64,000 nucleotides of DNA from an uncultured bacterium (GTDB lineage: Bacteria; Verrucomicrobiota; Kiritimatiellia; RFP12; UBA1067). Positions 1-10,041 of this stretch are shown piece by piece. Made by a program: the position numbers and the translations under genes. A model generated the notes under the pieces. The model was given only the letters and a program-made list of their open reading frames with translations, was not told the origin of the DNA and did no database searches. The stretch lies in contig CADCOC010000016.1 in the NCBI GenBank assembly GCA_902802945.1, positions 10,269 to 74,268 of the forward strand, written 5' to 3'. Position 1 is the first letter of the stretch. Every line of letters starts with the position of its first letter.

Positions 1-942
1 GAGGTGTCCGAGCTCCTGATGGTGGACGGGAACAAACATCTTGGCCGGCATCGTATTCTGCGCGGCGGCCATGAAATCGAGACCTATCGCGCAATGCCCA
101 AAATAAATGTCCGGCTTCCCTTTCGGCTTAAGGTGGTCGTAGCGACAGCAGTCGCCTGAGTGGAAGATCGTGTAGGCGTCCGGTCCCTCGCCGCAGACAA
201 CCTCGAAGGTCGTTACGGCCCATGGCAGGTGCTTGTTGTGGTCGGCCGCCGTACAGTGGATCGTGACGTCTTTGATCTTGAACGTCTTCTCCATCTCGCG
301 GCAGTACCAGTCCCACACGAGCATGAAGTTCGAGATGACCGGCTTCTTCGCCGCCGACATGGCCTGGAGGAGATGCGCGTTGTAGTGGTCGCCGTGGTTG
401 TGCGTGGTGAGGATGAAGTCGAGCGTCTTTGCGAGACGCGGTGCCTTGCGGTGGCAGATGTCGATGCCGAACGTGCAGCTCTTCGTCTTCACGACGATGC
501 CCATGTTGTAGACATACCAGATGGCCGGCTTGTCGCCCTCCACCTTCGTCTTGGCGACCTGCTCCGCCACGCGATCGAACGCGCGGTCGTACCAGCGCAT
601 CACGGGAAACTTCGCGAGGGCGGCGGACACTTTTTCCTCAGAAGCGTTTTCGCGTATGGCGTCCTTGCAGGAGAGGTCGTCCAGCATGTGGTCGATCTCC
701 CTCTGGACGACGGGGAACGCCGCCGCGCGCTTCTCCTCGTCGGACATCGTCGTCTTCTCAAGCGTCCTGATCGCCGCCTCGACCTCCTCGCCGGCTGGCT
801 TTACGACGTCGCTCAGGGGATTGCCCTCACCCTTCTTGATGCGCCGCTTCACCACGAGACTCTGCGCCTTTGCGAGGCCCGTCGCCGCCGTGGCTCCCAA
901 CGCGATGAACGCGCGCCTGTTGATCGTGCTTTCCTTCAGCAT
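1..942 (-). CDS. MBL-fold metallo-hydrolase with Tat signal (3' end runs off window)
   Basis: Absent from the ORF track, translated by hand. MLKESTINRRAFIALG (twin-arginine signal), THNHGDH (HxHxDH zinc motif), later FHSGD and PVHH. Frame is open to position 1. Confidence 0.8.
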   Translation of the reverse strand, partial: MLKESTINRRAFIALGATAATGLAKAQSLVVKRRIKKGEGNPLSDVVKPAGEEVEAAIRTLEKTTMSDEEKRAAAFPVVQREIDHMLDDLSCKDAIRENASEEKVSAALAKFPVMRWYDRAFDRVAEQVAKTKVEGDKPAIWYVYNMGIVVKTKSCTFGIDICHRKAPRLAKTLDFILTTHNHGDHYNAHLLQAMSAAKKPVISNFMLVWDWYCREMEKTFKIKDVTIHCTAADHNKHLPWAVTTFEVVCGEGPDAYTIFHSGDCCRYDHLKPKGKPDIYFGHCAIGLDFMAAAQNTMPAKMFVPVHHQELGHL

Positions 943-1060
943 CCTTAAAACGAACCTTTCATTTTCCGTTGCGCCAAAATGGCAACGCTGATTATAGCAA
1001 ACGCCGTGCCGTGTTGGAAGCGCAAAGTGAAGTTAGCGGGAACGGTCCGAAAGGCATGGA

Positions 1061-2365
1061 TCATTCATGGAAATCAGGATCGGACGGAGCACAACCCGGT
1101 GGACGGCCTGCCAGATCCATGATCGCAAGCGCGATGCGGTCGATGGTCCGCTCGTCCGAGACAAGAGGAGGCATCGCGTAGATGAAATTGCAGAATGGCC
1201 GAAGCCATACGTTGTGGGCGTCGATGACGTCAGAAATGTCCGCCTGCGACGGCAGGCGTTCGACCTCCACGACGGCCACAGCGCCGAGAACGCGCACATC
1301 AACGACGTTCGGATGGGACTTGAGCGGCATAAGGCGCTTGGCAAATGCGTCCTCAATCCGCTTCACGTTGGCGGCGTAGTTGGACGCAGCGAAGATGTCT
1401 AGCGAGGCGCATGCCGCCGCGCAGGCAAGCGGATTGGCCATGTACGTGGGACCGTGCATGAAGGCCGAAGGACGTCCATTAGAGATCGTGTCCGCAACCC
1501 TGGCGGAGGCAAGCGTGGCGGCGAGCGTCATGTGCCCGCCTGTTAGCGCCTTGCCTACGGTCATTACGTCGGGTGTGACCGAGGCGTGGTCCTGCGCCCA
1601 GCGAGGGCCTGTACGGTGGAAGCCTGCCGCAATCTCGTCGAATATCAGCAACGCTCCGCACTCGTCGCACAGCCTCCGCATCTCGCGGAGATACTGCGGA
1701 TGGTAGAAGTTCATCGCGTTGGCGGCCTGGAACACGGGTTCGCACACTAGCGCGGCGATTTCCGCGCCGTGTTCGTCGATCGCATTGGCAAGCGACCGCG
1801 CGCACGACGGAACCCACTCGCCTCCAAACGGACACGACGGCTTATCCGCAAAGAAATGGCTCGTCATTATCCCTTTGAAGAGCGTGTGCATCCCGTCCGG
1901 ATCCGAAAGCGCCATACATAGCGAGGTATCGCCATGGTAACCGCCCTTCAGCGCGAGGATGCGCCGGCGTTCGGGATGTCCGAGCGCCGTCTGGTACTGG
2001 ATCGCCATCTTGGCGGCCACCTCCACGGAGATTGAACCGGAGTCGGCAAAGAAGACGCGGTCGAGGCCAGGAGGCGCGAACGTGGCGAGCTTCTCAGCAA
2101 GGACGACCGCCGACTCGTGCGTGAAGCCCCCAAACATCACGTGGCACATCTTCTCGCTCTGGCGGCGGATTGCCTCTACGATCGCGGGATGGTTGTGTCC
2201 GTGGGCGACGCACCACCATGACGACACCGCATCGACGAGGCGGCGCCCGTCCTCAAGCTCGATTTCCACGCCGGACGCGGCGCGTGCCATCCGCACGGGC
2301 GGGGCATCCTTCAACGAGGCGTAGGGATGCCAGATGAACGCGCGGTCGTATTCTAGCGGCGTCAT
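1061..2365 (-). CDS. bioA: Adenosylmethionine-8-amino-7-oxononanoate aminotransferase
   Basis: IWHPY, DAVSSWW, HGHNHP, GYHGDT, FDEIAAGF, GKALTGG (PLP Lys), HGPTYMANPLACA. Start placed at MTPLEYD, an ATGA overlap with the bioD stop. Confidence 0.95.
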   Translation of the reverse strand: MTPLEYDRAFIWHPYASLKDAPPVRMARAASGVEIELEDGRRLVDAVSSWWCVAHGHNHPAIVEAIRRQSEKMCHVMFGGFTHESAVVLAEKLATFAPPGLDRVFFADSGSISVEVAAKMAIQYQTALGHPERRRILALKGGYHGDTSLCMALSDPDGMHTLFKGIMTSHFFADKPSCPFGGEWVPSCARSLANAIDEHGAEIAALVCEPVFQAANAMNFYHPQYLREMRRLCDECGALLIFDEIAAGFHRTGPRWAQDHASVTPDVMTVGKALTGGHMTLAATLASARVADTISNGRPSAFMHGPTYMANPLACAAACASLDIFAASNYAANVKRIEDAFAKRLMPLKSHPNVVDVRVLGAVAVVEVERLPSQADISDVIDAHNVWLRPFCNFIYAMPPLVSDERTIDRIALAIMDLAGRPPGCAPSDPDFHE

Positions 2366-3042
2366 GCGAACAGCCCCGTAAAATCCGCCTCGGCCGCGCA
2401 GTCGGTGCCGACGGACGGAAGCGACACGAGAACCTGCGGGTAGCCGAGCTTCCCGAGGTGGCGCAGTATGGCGTCTCGCGCATCGGCGTCGAGACGCAGA
2501 TCGGTTGAGAAATGCGTGTTGTGTACAGCGCCTACGACTCTGATGCCACGCATTTTCGCGGCGTCCAGTGAGAGCAGCGCATGGTTTATGGCGCCGAGCC
2601 GGCCACAGGTAACGAGTATGAGCGGCCATTGCCTCTCGGCGACGAAGTCAGCAGTCAACACATCTTCCGTAAGCGGCACGTCGAGTCCGCCCGCCGTCTC
2701 CACGAGCGTCACGTCATGCGCCGCCGCGCAGGCGCTCACGGCCTCGGATATCCGCGCCAGGTCCACAGTCCGTCCCTCCAGCCGCGCCGCCAGAAGAGGC
2801 GATGACGGGAAACGGAAAATCTGCGGAGCCGTCAGGCCCTGCGCGTCTTCCGGGAAACGCCTGCCGCCGCACGCGGCCCGATGTACCTCAAGGTCTTCCG
2901 AAAAACCGTCGTTTCCGGTCTGGACCATCTTCACGGTTATGACGTCGACGCCCTTTCCTGAGAGCGTCCGGGCCATTGCGCCCGTCACAACCGTCTTTCC
3001 TATGCCTGTGTCAATTCCGGAAACAGCGTAAACCTTTTCCAT
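2362..3042 (-). CDS. bioD: Dethiobiotin synthetase
   Basis: SGIDTGIGKT P-loop, KMVQTG, VETAGGL, LGAINH. Confidence 0.95.
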   Translation of the reverse strand: MEKVYAVSGIDTGIGKTVVTGAMARTLSGKGVDVITVKMVQTGNDGFSEDLEVHRAACGGRRFPEDAQGLTAPQIFRFPSSPLLAARLEGRTVDLARISEAVSACAAAHDVTLVETAGGLDVPLTEDVLTADFVAERQWPLILVTCGRLGAINHALLSLDAAKMRGIRVVGAVHNTHFSTDLRLDADARDAILRHLGKLGYPQVLVSLPSVGTDCAAEADFTGLFA

Positions 3043-3073
3043 GTCCTGATCCTTGCATTCACCGATGCCAAAG

Positions 3074-3784
3074 TCAAGTTCCCATCAGCTTGAAGATTTT
3101 CCTAAGTCCCTTTCGAGCAAGCGCGCGGAGGGCGTCGAGCGATTCCTCCGTGAACGGATTGTGCTCGGCCGTGCCCTGGAGTTCCACGTAGCGCCCGTCG
3201 TCGGTCATGACGACGTTAAGGTCCACTTCCGCCGTAGAGTCGTGCGCATAGTCGAGGTCAAGCGTCGGCTTGCCGTCGCAAATGCCCACGGACACCGCAG
3301 CGACGCGGTGGACGATGGGGCTTTCAGAGATGACCCCGTCCGCCAAAAGCTTCCTTACGGCGTCCTCTAGGGCGAGCATGCCGCCCGTGATGGACGCACA
3401 CCGCGTGCCGCCGTCTGCCTGCAGCACGTCGCAGTCGATGGTGATCTGCAGCCCGTCGATTTTGGACGTATCCACCGCCGCGCGCAGTGAACGCCCTATG
3501 AGCCGCTGGATTTCCGCGGAACGTGCGTCCAGCTTCAGTTTCTTGATGTCGCGGTCCTTGCGTCCGCCGCCGGTGGACGACGGCAGCATCGCATACTCCG
3601 CCGTCACCCAGCCGCGCCCAGTATCGCGCAGGAACGACGGCACCTTGTCCTCGACGCTCGCAGTACACAGTACCCACGTATCGCCCCACTTCACGAGGAC
3701 GCTCCCGGCGGCGTGCTTGGTAAAGCCACGTACGAATTCAATCGGACGCAGCTGGCCGCTTTTTCTTTTTTCAGCGCTCTTCAT
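3074..3784 (-). CDS. rph: Ribonuclease PH
   Basis: GWVTAEYAMLP, EIQRLIGRSLRAA, CDVLQADGGTRCASITG, DLDY..DS.AEVDLNVVM, ELQGTAE. Confidence 0.96.
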   Translation of the reverse strand: MKSAEKRKSGQLRPIEFVRGFTKHAAGSVLVKWGDTWVLCTASVEDKVPSFLRDTGRGWVTAEYAMLPSSTGGGRKDRDIKKLKLDARSAEIQRLIGRSLRAAVDTSKIDGLQITIDCDVLQADGGTRCASITGGMLALEDAVRKLLADGVISESPIVHRVAAVSVGICDGKPTLDLDYAHDSTAEVDLNVVMTDDGRYVELQGTAEHNPFTEESLDALRALARKGLRKIFKLMGT

Positions 3785-3904
3785 CCTGACAGTTCCTTCT
3801 TCTCCATGGGGGAAATTATACCAAAAATGGCGGAGGAGGTGTTCTTAAAACCATGCAAATAGGCGCGGACGGGTTAGCCCGTGCCCGTGATAGTTTCGGC
3901 CACA

Positions 3905-6900
3905 TCAGCGCGCGCCGCCGGCGCGGATCTTGTAGATTTTCGCGCCGATTTCGCGGACGGCCTCGATTGTGTCCCAGTACGGCGTGTCGCACACGTCCGT
4001 CCAGCCCACCTGCATGTTCTCCCCGTCGAAGCGGCCGGACGTTGCCTGGTCCGAGAACTGGTGCCAGTGCACGCCCACGATCTGCGGATGCTCAAGCGAC
4101 GTGCGCACGTACTCCTTGTACGTCTCGGCGCGGTGCTTCTGGTCGCGGAGGAGGATCAACCCCGGACAGAACGGCCCGCGGTCGAGCGCGCCGAAGTGGA
4201 ACTCGCCGATCATCACCGGCGCATCGATTCCCTCCGGCAGCTTGAAGCCGCTCATCTCCTTGCGGTAGACGTTGTAGCTCAGCACGTCGCAGTACTTCGC
4301 CGCCGCCTTTACCGTGAACGCCGGCGCACTGCCCGCCCAGCGACAGCCAAGATACAGCTTGCCGGGGTTCGCGCGTTTCAGCTCCTCGCGGATGATGCGG
4401 AAGTAGTTCTCGGCGATCTCGGACGAGAACGCCTCAAGATCGGCCTTCGCGCCTTTGAACGACTTCGGCTCCTTCATCACGCGTAGGAAATCGTCCCAGT
4501 CCTTGTACGACATCCCCCATGCGGCGTTGAGTTTGGCGACCGTGCCGTACTTCGCCTTGAGCCTGTCGCGGAAAACGGCCTTGCACGGCTGGTCGGCGGG
4601 CGACTTCAACGTGGAAACCCCGAACGTGTGCGCCGCACCCCAGTGGTGCTCATTGTCGACGAAGAAACCAAAGCACCAGGGATCGGCGATTTCGGCCTTG
4701 TACACCTCCGTCATGCGACGCGCCTCGGCACGGAACGACGGGTCGAACGGATCGCAGAACTCCCACCAGCCGCCCTTGTGCCCGGCGATCGGACGCGCGT
4801 GGATCTCGAAGCGCTCCGTGTAGGGCGTGCGGTCCATGAGGCAGATGCGCTTGTCGGACGAGTTGGCGATCGTGTTGCAGCTCCAGCTCCGCAGGCGGCG
4901 GTGCGCGAGGTCGGCCCACGTCTCGAACCATTTCTCGCCGTACTTCCGACGGATGTTCGCGGCGGAGAAGTCGTACACCTTGTCGATGCCGCGCTTGCCG
5001 TAGTAGGGCCAGAGCAGTTCGTCGCGCGTCTCGTAGAACGCGCCGAACACGGGATCGTCGCGCTTCGGCAGCTCCGCGAACCAGCCGGAACGGTCTCCCG
5101 CGGGCGTGGCGAGCGGCGTCATCGCGCTCGACGGCAGCACGCGCACGGGGCCGTGGCTCCACCAGAGGTGTCCGTCGGGATCGACGATCCACCACTTGCC
5201 GTTCCACTTCGTCGTGGAGAAACCGCCTGTCTTCGGCAGCTGCGGACCGTCCGCCCAGCCGCCCCACTTGTCCCAGCCCTTCGGACCCGGATGAGCGGCG
5301 AGGTCCTTTTCCTCCTTCGCGCGCTGGCGGGCGAAGTCGGCGTCCGAATGGACCTTGTCCGGCCAGTCCTTGTGGCGGAACTGTCCGTACTTGTCGAGGA
5401 ACGGGAAGAACTCTTTCTCTGAAAGCTTCGTCCACGCCTGCGCGGTTCCCGTCGTCAGCGGCTTCGCCTCCTCCTTCGCGACGATGCGCTTCACGCTCCA
5501 CGTGTGCGGGAGCTTCGGCTGGTTGATGTAGACCGCAACCTGCACGACGTCTTTCCGATCGAGCTGCCCGATTCCGGACTGCGGCGCGGACTTGCGCGAC
5601 TTGTACATCTCGTACGGCACGCCCGCCGCGTACGGAAGCGCCCAGACGCGGAGCGGCTTCAGCCGCTCGGCGATTGTATTGAGATTCGGATAGGACGAAT
5701 TCATGTTTGTGCCCAGCACGGCGTGTGCCTCGTTTCTGATCGGAAGCTTGTACACCATGCTGCCTTTTTGTTTCCCCGGATCGCCGCCGGGATTGAGGAA
5801 CCGCAACGTGTACTTCCCGTTGATGCCGCCGTTCACGAACTCCACTTCGATGCGTCCGTATCGGGAAAGGTCCCACTTGCCGGCGATGCACACCCCTGGA
5901 TAGGAATCCGAAGGCTTCGTCTTCACGGTCAACAACCCGTCGGAGAGCGAAAACTCCGCACCGTCCTGCGCGGAGATTCGCGCAGCGTCGGCCGATGCCG
6001 CATCGAACAGGACAATCTCGCCGAATTTGCAACCGGCTACTGTTCTCACTTCGGCCTTCAGGAGATTGCGGCCGAGTTCGCGTCCGCCGTCCTGCGAATA
6101 GATGCCGTTGCAGAGCGAATAGCCGAACTCGCAGCAGATGCTCGCCCAGCAGTTCGGCTGGGCCTCGACCCACTGCCGCGACGACACGCGCCCCGCCAGT
6201 CGGTCCCGTTCCATCGTGGCCGCGTGGCCCTTGCCGACCGGGATGTCGTTCTTCCCGTCGTATGCGAGAGCGCAGCCTTTCGACAATTCAGCCCAGTGCC
6301 GCCGGAACTCGTTGACATGCGCGCTGTTCCGCGGATAGGGCGTCTCGAACGTGAACGCGCAATCCTGCTCCGGGTCATGCTTGCGGGAACGGATATGCGG
6401 AGAATGAAGGTCGAAGAACACGATCTTCTTCCCGTGCGACTCGCGCACAAGCAGTTCCTTCCAGGCCCGCACGGACGTGTAGATGCCTGCGACGTAATCG
6501 CGGTTGTGGTCGTGCGGACGCCTGTTCTTCCCCTGATCGCCATCCTCCACGCCGTCCTTGTCCATGAACGGTACAAACACGCAGTCGGCGTTATCGCGTA
6601 CCCACTCGCCCTCCGGCGAGCCGGAGAGGATTTCGTCGATGATTCCCTCCATGACCGGATTCGCCGTCGTCTCGCAGGCGTGGTGGCGTGCGGTGTATGC
6701 GAACAGCCATTTCGCCTTCCCCTTCCGACACGCGATGCGCAGCAGCTCCGTGTCGCGTCGGCCGCTCTGCGACTTGCAGAGCACGTCGAACTTCACGCCT
6801 TCCTTCCCGCGCCAGCGCACGCTCGCCGCATCCCAGTCCTTCTGCAAATACGGAATCGACGTCGCGAAGCGCGTCTCGGTCTCGTCCGCCGCAAAGGTGT

Positions 6901-7267
6901 AGTCGAACGCGTTCTTCGGCTCATGCCGTTTGCCGTCCGCATTCAACCAGCGCCACGTCTTCCCGCCGTCCTTGCTGATCGCTGGGCCGAGAGAGGCAAG
7001 GTAATCGTATCCGTTCTTCGGAAACTGGAAATGGATCGTCCGCTCGGTAGGGCGGTCGCCCCGCGACCGCCGTACAATAAAGTCCCAGTAGAACCAGTTG
7101 CCCTTCGTGTCTCGGAGGTCGGGCCGCAGCACGATGACGTTCGCCGCCTCGTCAATCTTATCAACCTTGACATTCCCGCCGGGATAGTCCGACCGGATTT
7201 CAATCGCCGCATACGCAGTCCCCGCCGCGACGCATACCGCCGCAGCGATTGAGAACATTTTCCTCAT
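3905..7267 (-). CDS. Secreted fusion of an M14-like zinc carboxypeptidase domain and a GH50 (beta-agarase-like) glycoside hydrolase
   Basis: Signal peptide. N-half has YPGGN, ARHHACE, PFMDKDGV..GDQGKNR.PHDHNR, DLHSP. C-half has DKYGQF, WDKWGGW, KWWIVDPDG, GFFVDNE, YLGCRW, IGEFHFGALDRG, VGVHWHQFSDQ..SGRFDGEN. Confidence 0.8.
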   Translation of the reverse strand: MRKMFSIAAAVCVAAGTAYAAIEIRSDYPGGNVKVDKIDEAANVIVLRPDLRDTKGNWFYWDFIVRRSRGDRPTERTIHFQFPKNGYDYLASLGPAISKDGGKTWRWLNADGKRHEPKNAFDYTFAADETETRFATSIPYLQKDWDAASVRWRGKEGVKFDVLCKSQSGRRDTELLRIACRKGKAKWLFAYTARHHACETTANPVMEGIIDEILSGSPEGEWVRDNADCVFVPFMDKDGVEDGDQGKNRRPHDHNRDYVAGIYTSVRAWKELLVRESHGKKIVFFDLHSPHIRSRKHDPEQDCAFTFETPYPRNSAHVNEFRRHWAELSKGCALAYDGKNDIPVGKGHAATMERDRLAGRVSSRQWVEAQPNCWASICCEFGYSLCNGIYSQDGGRELGRNLLKAEVRTVAGCKFGEIVLFDAASADAARISAQDGAEFSLSDGLLTVKTKPSDSYPGVCIAGKWDLSRYGRIEVEFVNGGINGKYTLRFLNPGGDPGKQKGSMVYKLPIRNEAHAVLGTNMNSSYPNLNTIAERLKPLRVWALPYAAGVPYEMYKSRKSAPQSGIGQLDRKDVVQVAVYINQPKLPHTWSVKRIVAKEEAKPLTTGTAQAWTKLSEKEFFPFLDKYGQFRHKDWPDKVHSDADFARQRAKEEKDLAAHPGPKGWDKWGGWADGPQLPKTGGFSTTKWNGKWWIVDPDGHLWWSHGPVRVLPSSAMTPLATPAGDRSGWFAELPKRDDPVFGAFYETRDELLWPYYGKRGIDKVYDFSAANIRRKYGEKWFETWADLAHRRLRSWSCNTIANSSDKRICLMDRTPYTERFEIHARPIAGHKGGWWEFCDPFDPSFRAEARRMTEVYKAEIADPWCFGFFVDNEHHWGAAHTFGVSTLKSPADQPCKAVFRDRLKAKYGTVAKLNAAWGMSYKDWDDFLRVMKEPKSFKGAKADLEAFSSEIAENYFRIIREELKRANPGKLYLGCRWAGSAPAFTVKAAAKYCDVLSYNVYRKEMSGFKLPEGIDAPVMIGEFHFGALDRGPFCPGLILLRDQKHRAETYKEYVRTSLEHPQIVGVHWHQFSDQATSGRFDGENMQVGWTDVCDTPYWDTIEAVREIGAKIYKIRAGGAR

Positions 7268-7295
7268 ACCAATTGTTTCTCCCTGTATATTGGGG

Positions 7296-8666
7296 TTAGA
7301 CCTTGGGCAACTTCGCGAAGCTGGATTCGAGGTCGGCGTCCGTCGGCAGGTAGTCGCACATCGAGCCGTCGTTGAACTTCTCGTAGGCGACCATGTCGAA
7401 ATAGCCCGTGCCGGTGAGGCCGAAGAGGATCGTCTCCTCCTTGCCCTCCGCCTTGCAACGGAGCGCCTCGTCGATCGCCGCGCGGATCGCGTGGCTCGAC
7501 TCCGGCGCGGGCAGGATGCCCTCCACGCGCGCGAACTGCTCAGCCGCCGCGAACACGCTCGTCTGTTCCACCGCGCGCGCCTCCATCATCTTCTGGTCGT
7601 ACAACTCCGAGAGCGTGGCGCTCATGCCGTGGTAGCGGAGGCCGCCCGCGTGGCTCGCGGACGGAATGAAGTCGTGTCCGAGCGTGTACATCTTCTGGAG
7701 CGGACACACCTTGCCCGTGTCGCAGAAGTCGTAGGCGTAGCGTCCGCGCGTGAACGACGGACAGCTAGCCGGCTCCACCGCGATGATGCGGTAGTCCGCC
7801 TCGCCGCGCAGTTTCTCGCCCATGAACGGCGCGATGAGCCCGCCGAGGTTCGACCCGCCGCCCGCGCAGCCGATGATGATATCCGGCTTCACGCCCAGCT
7901 TGTCGAACGCCTTCTTCGCCTCAAGTCCGATGATCGACTGGTGCAGCAGCACCTGCGCGAGTACCGATCCGAGCACGTAGCGGTAGCCTTCCTGCGAGAC
8001 GGCGGCCTCGACCGCCTCCGAGATCGCGCAGCCGAGCGAACCCGTGGTGCCGGGGTGCGCCGCGTTGATCGCACGGCCCACGTTCGTCTTCATCGAGGGC
8101 GACGGCGTGACGTTCGCCCCGTACGTGCGCATCACCTCGCGGCGGAACGGCTTCTGCTCGTACGAGCATTTCACCATGTACACCTGGCAGTCGAGTCCGA
8201 AGAACGCGCACGCCATCGAGAGAGCGGTGCCCCACTGCCCCGCACCGGTCTCGGTGGTGACGCCCTTCAACCCCTGCGCCTTCGCGTAGTATGCCTGAGC
8301 GACGGCGCTGTTGAGCTTGTGCGAGCCGGACGTGTTGTTGCCCTCGAACTTGTAGTATATCTTCGCCGGCGTACCGAGCGCGCGCTCGAGGAAGTAGGCG
8401 CGGATGAGCGGCGAGGGACGGAACATCCGATAGAACTTCTGCACCTCGTCGGGAATCGGGATGAACGGCGTCGTGTCGTCCAGCTCCTGCTTCACCAGCT
8501 CCGTGCAGAACACGTGCTCCAGCTCCTCGGCCGTAACGGGCTGGAGCGTGCCAGGGTTCAACAGCGGCGCTGGCTTCTTCTGCATGTCCGCGCGCAGGTT
8601 GTACCAGGCAGTGGGCACCTCGGCCTCGGTCAGATAGGTCTTGTAGGGGATGCTGTCGTTGTTCAT
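7296..8666 (-). CDS. trpB2: Stand-alone type 2 tryptophan synthase beta chain (TrpB-like PLP enzyme)
   Basis: GSHKLNSA, TTETGAGQWG, GSLGCAISEA, GGGSNLGG, HAGGLRYHG, PAPESSHA. No trpA nearby. Confidence 0.93.
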   Translation of the reverse strand: MNNDSIPYKTYLTEAEVPTAWYNLRADMQKKPAPLLNPGTLQPVTAEELEHVFCTELVKQELDDTTPFIPIPDEVQKFYRMFRPSPLIRAYFLERALGTPAKIYYKFEGNNTSGSHKLNSAVAQAYYAKAQGLKGVTTETGAGQWGTALSMACAFFGLDCQVYMVKCSYEQKPFRREVMRTYGANVTPSPSMKTNVGRAINAAHPGTTGSLGCAISEAVEAAVSQEGYRYVLGSVLAQVLLHQSIIGLEAKKAFDKLGVKPDIIIGCAGGGSNLGGLIAPFMGEKLRGEADYRIIAVEPASCPSFTRGRYAYDFCDTGKVCPLQKMYTLGHDFIPSASHAGGLRYHGMSATLSELYDQKMMEARAVEQTSVFAAAEQFARVEGILPAPESSHAIRAAIDEALRCKAEGKEETILFGLTGTGYFDMVAYEKFNDGSMCDYLPTDADLESSFAKLPKV

Positions 8667-8686
8667 TGACTTTCCTTTGGTTTTCT

Positions 8687-8802
8687 ATTGTTCACAAATC
8701 TCAATTGTTCACAAATGCCACCATTGCCACAAATACAAATATCTGTAAAAATTGACATTTGTGATTTGTGAACAATTGTGCCAATTGCCATTTGTGAACA
8801 AT
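8687..8802. repeat. AT-rich intergenic element with two direct and two inverted copies of ATTGTTCACAAAT
   Basis: Direct copies at 8687-8699 and 8704-8716, reverse-complement copies at 8764-8776 and 8790-8802, degenerate copies between. Confidence 0.85.
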
Positions 8803-8809
8803 CATAAAT

Positions 8810-9478
8810 TCAGCTCTCGTTGGCCAAGTTGTCGATCTGCTTCGTGGTGCCGAACACGATCAGCTTGTCATCCGCGTGTATTTGGTCGTTCGGACCCGGC
8901 ACGATGATCGCGCGGGGCTTCTTGGGGTTCTCGTCGAGGCGCCGGATGCAGAGCACCGTCACGCCCGTGCGATTGCGCAAGTCTGCCTGCGCGAGGGTCT
9001 TGTCCTTGCAGACCTCCGGCACCTTGATTTCGGCGATTGAATATCCTTCGGAAATCTCCAGCAGGTCAAACGCCCCGCGGTTCGTGATGCTGCGCGCGAG
9101 GCGGTGCGCGCTCTCGCGGTCGGGGAAGATCACCTGGTCGGCGCCGAGTTTCTCTAGGATTTTCCCGTGCAATTCGCTCGTTGCCTTCGCGATCACGGTA
9201 CCCACGCCCAGCTCCTTGCAGTTGGCCGTCGCGAGGAGCGACGCCTCCACGTTCGAACCAATCGCCACCACTGCTACGTCGCACTCCCTCAAGCCTGCGT
9301 CCTCCAGCGCACGCGCATTCGTCGCGTCGCCCTGAACGGCACTAGAGACCACGTTTAGTGCAGACTGCACGAGGCTGCCGTTGCGCTCGAAGAGCAGGAC
9401 CTCCTCGCCGCTCTCCGAAAGCGACTCAGCAAGGGCCATGCCGAAGCGACCGGCCCCGATGATTGCCACGCGATTCAC
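8810..9478 (-). CDS. trkA: TrkA/KtrA-type potassium uptake regulatory (RCK) subunit
   Basis: IIGAGRFG Rossmann motif, GDAT, VVAIG, LGADQVIFPDRE, C-terminal TrkA_C domain. Confidence 0.88.
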   Translation of the reverse strand: MNRVAIIGAGRFGMALAESLSESGEEVLLFERNGSLVQSALNVVSSAVQGDATNARALEDAGLRECDVAVVAIGSNVEASLLATANCKELGVGTVIAKATSELHGKILEKLGADQVIFPDRESAHRLARSITNRGAFDLLEISEGYSIAEIKVPEVCKDKTLAQADLRNRTGVTVLCIRRLDENPKKPRAIIVPGPNDQIHADDKLIVFGTTKQIDNLANES

Positions 9479-10041
9479 TTTCCATCCTCCTTGTCTTCAG
9501 GCCCCCGCCCGTAAACGGGCTTCCGCCGCCGCACAACAGGACGGCTGAACTCCAGCACCAAGTTGTAGAGTCTTTCGGCAAGCTCGGGATCTTCCTCGAA
9601 CATGTTGTATGGTTCAGAAAACGTCTTGTTGTCGAAAGCCGCACGTACAGCTATGAAACGGCCCGCCGGAGGGTGTTTCGTGGATCTGAATATCTTGTCG
9701 CGGTCGAAAAGGCCGGCATTGACGAGGTTCTGGAACACCACGCGGACATGCTCGGGATCGACGGTGTACTGGCGCGTTACGATGTCGTCCCAAGTTGAGT
9801 CAGTAAAGTTCTTAGCGAAGCTGTCTGAGACACGGCGTGACGTACCAGTCTTCACCTCGACGAGTCCCTGTCCGGTCACGCGCACGGTCGTGCGGCGGAT
9901 CGGATCGCGCGTTGCGTTGTAGTAGTGTACCTCGCACCAGTTCAGCGGCGTGGTCGTCACGTTGACGTACGGATCGTCGAATAACAGCCCACAACCGGCG
10001 ATGAACGCGAGGGGCAGCAGAAGCAGTGCCTTCAGTTTCAT
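9475..10041 (-). CDS. Hypothetical lipoprotein
   Basis: Lipobox LAFIAGC. Overlaps both neighbours by 4 bp. Confidence 0.75.
   Translation of the reverse strand: MKLKALLLLPLAFIAGCGLLFDDPYVNVTTTPLNWCEVHYYNATRDPIRRTTVRVTGQGLVEVKTGTSRRVSDSFAKNFTDSTWDDIVTRQYTVDPEHVRVVFQNLVNAGLFDRDKIFRSTKHPPAGRFIAVRAAFDNKTFSEPYNMFEEDPELAERLYNLVLEFSRPVVRRRKPVYGRGPEDKEDGK

Noticed and set aside
160-948. 262-aa + strand ORF
   Set aside because: It is the antisense shadow of the - strand MBL hydrolase, which has clear motifs.
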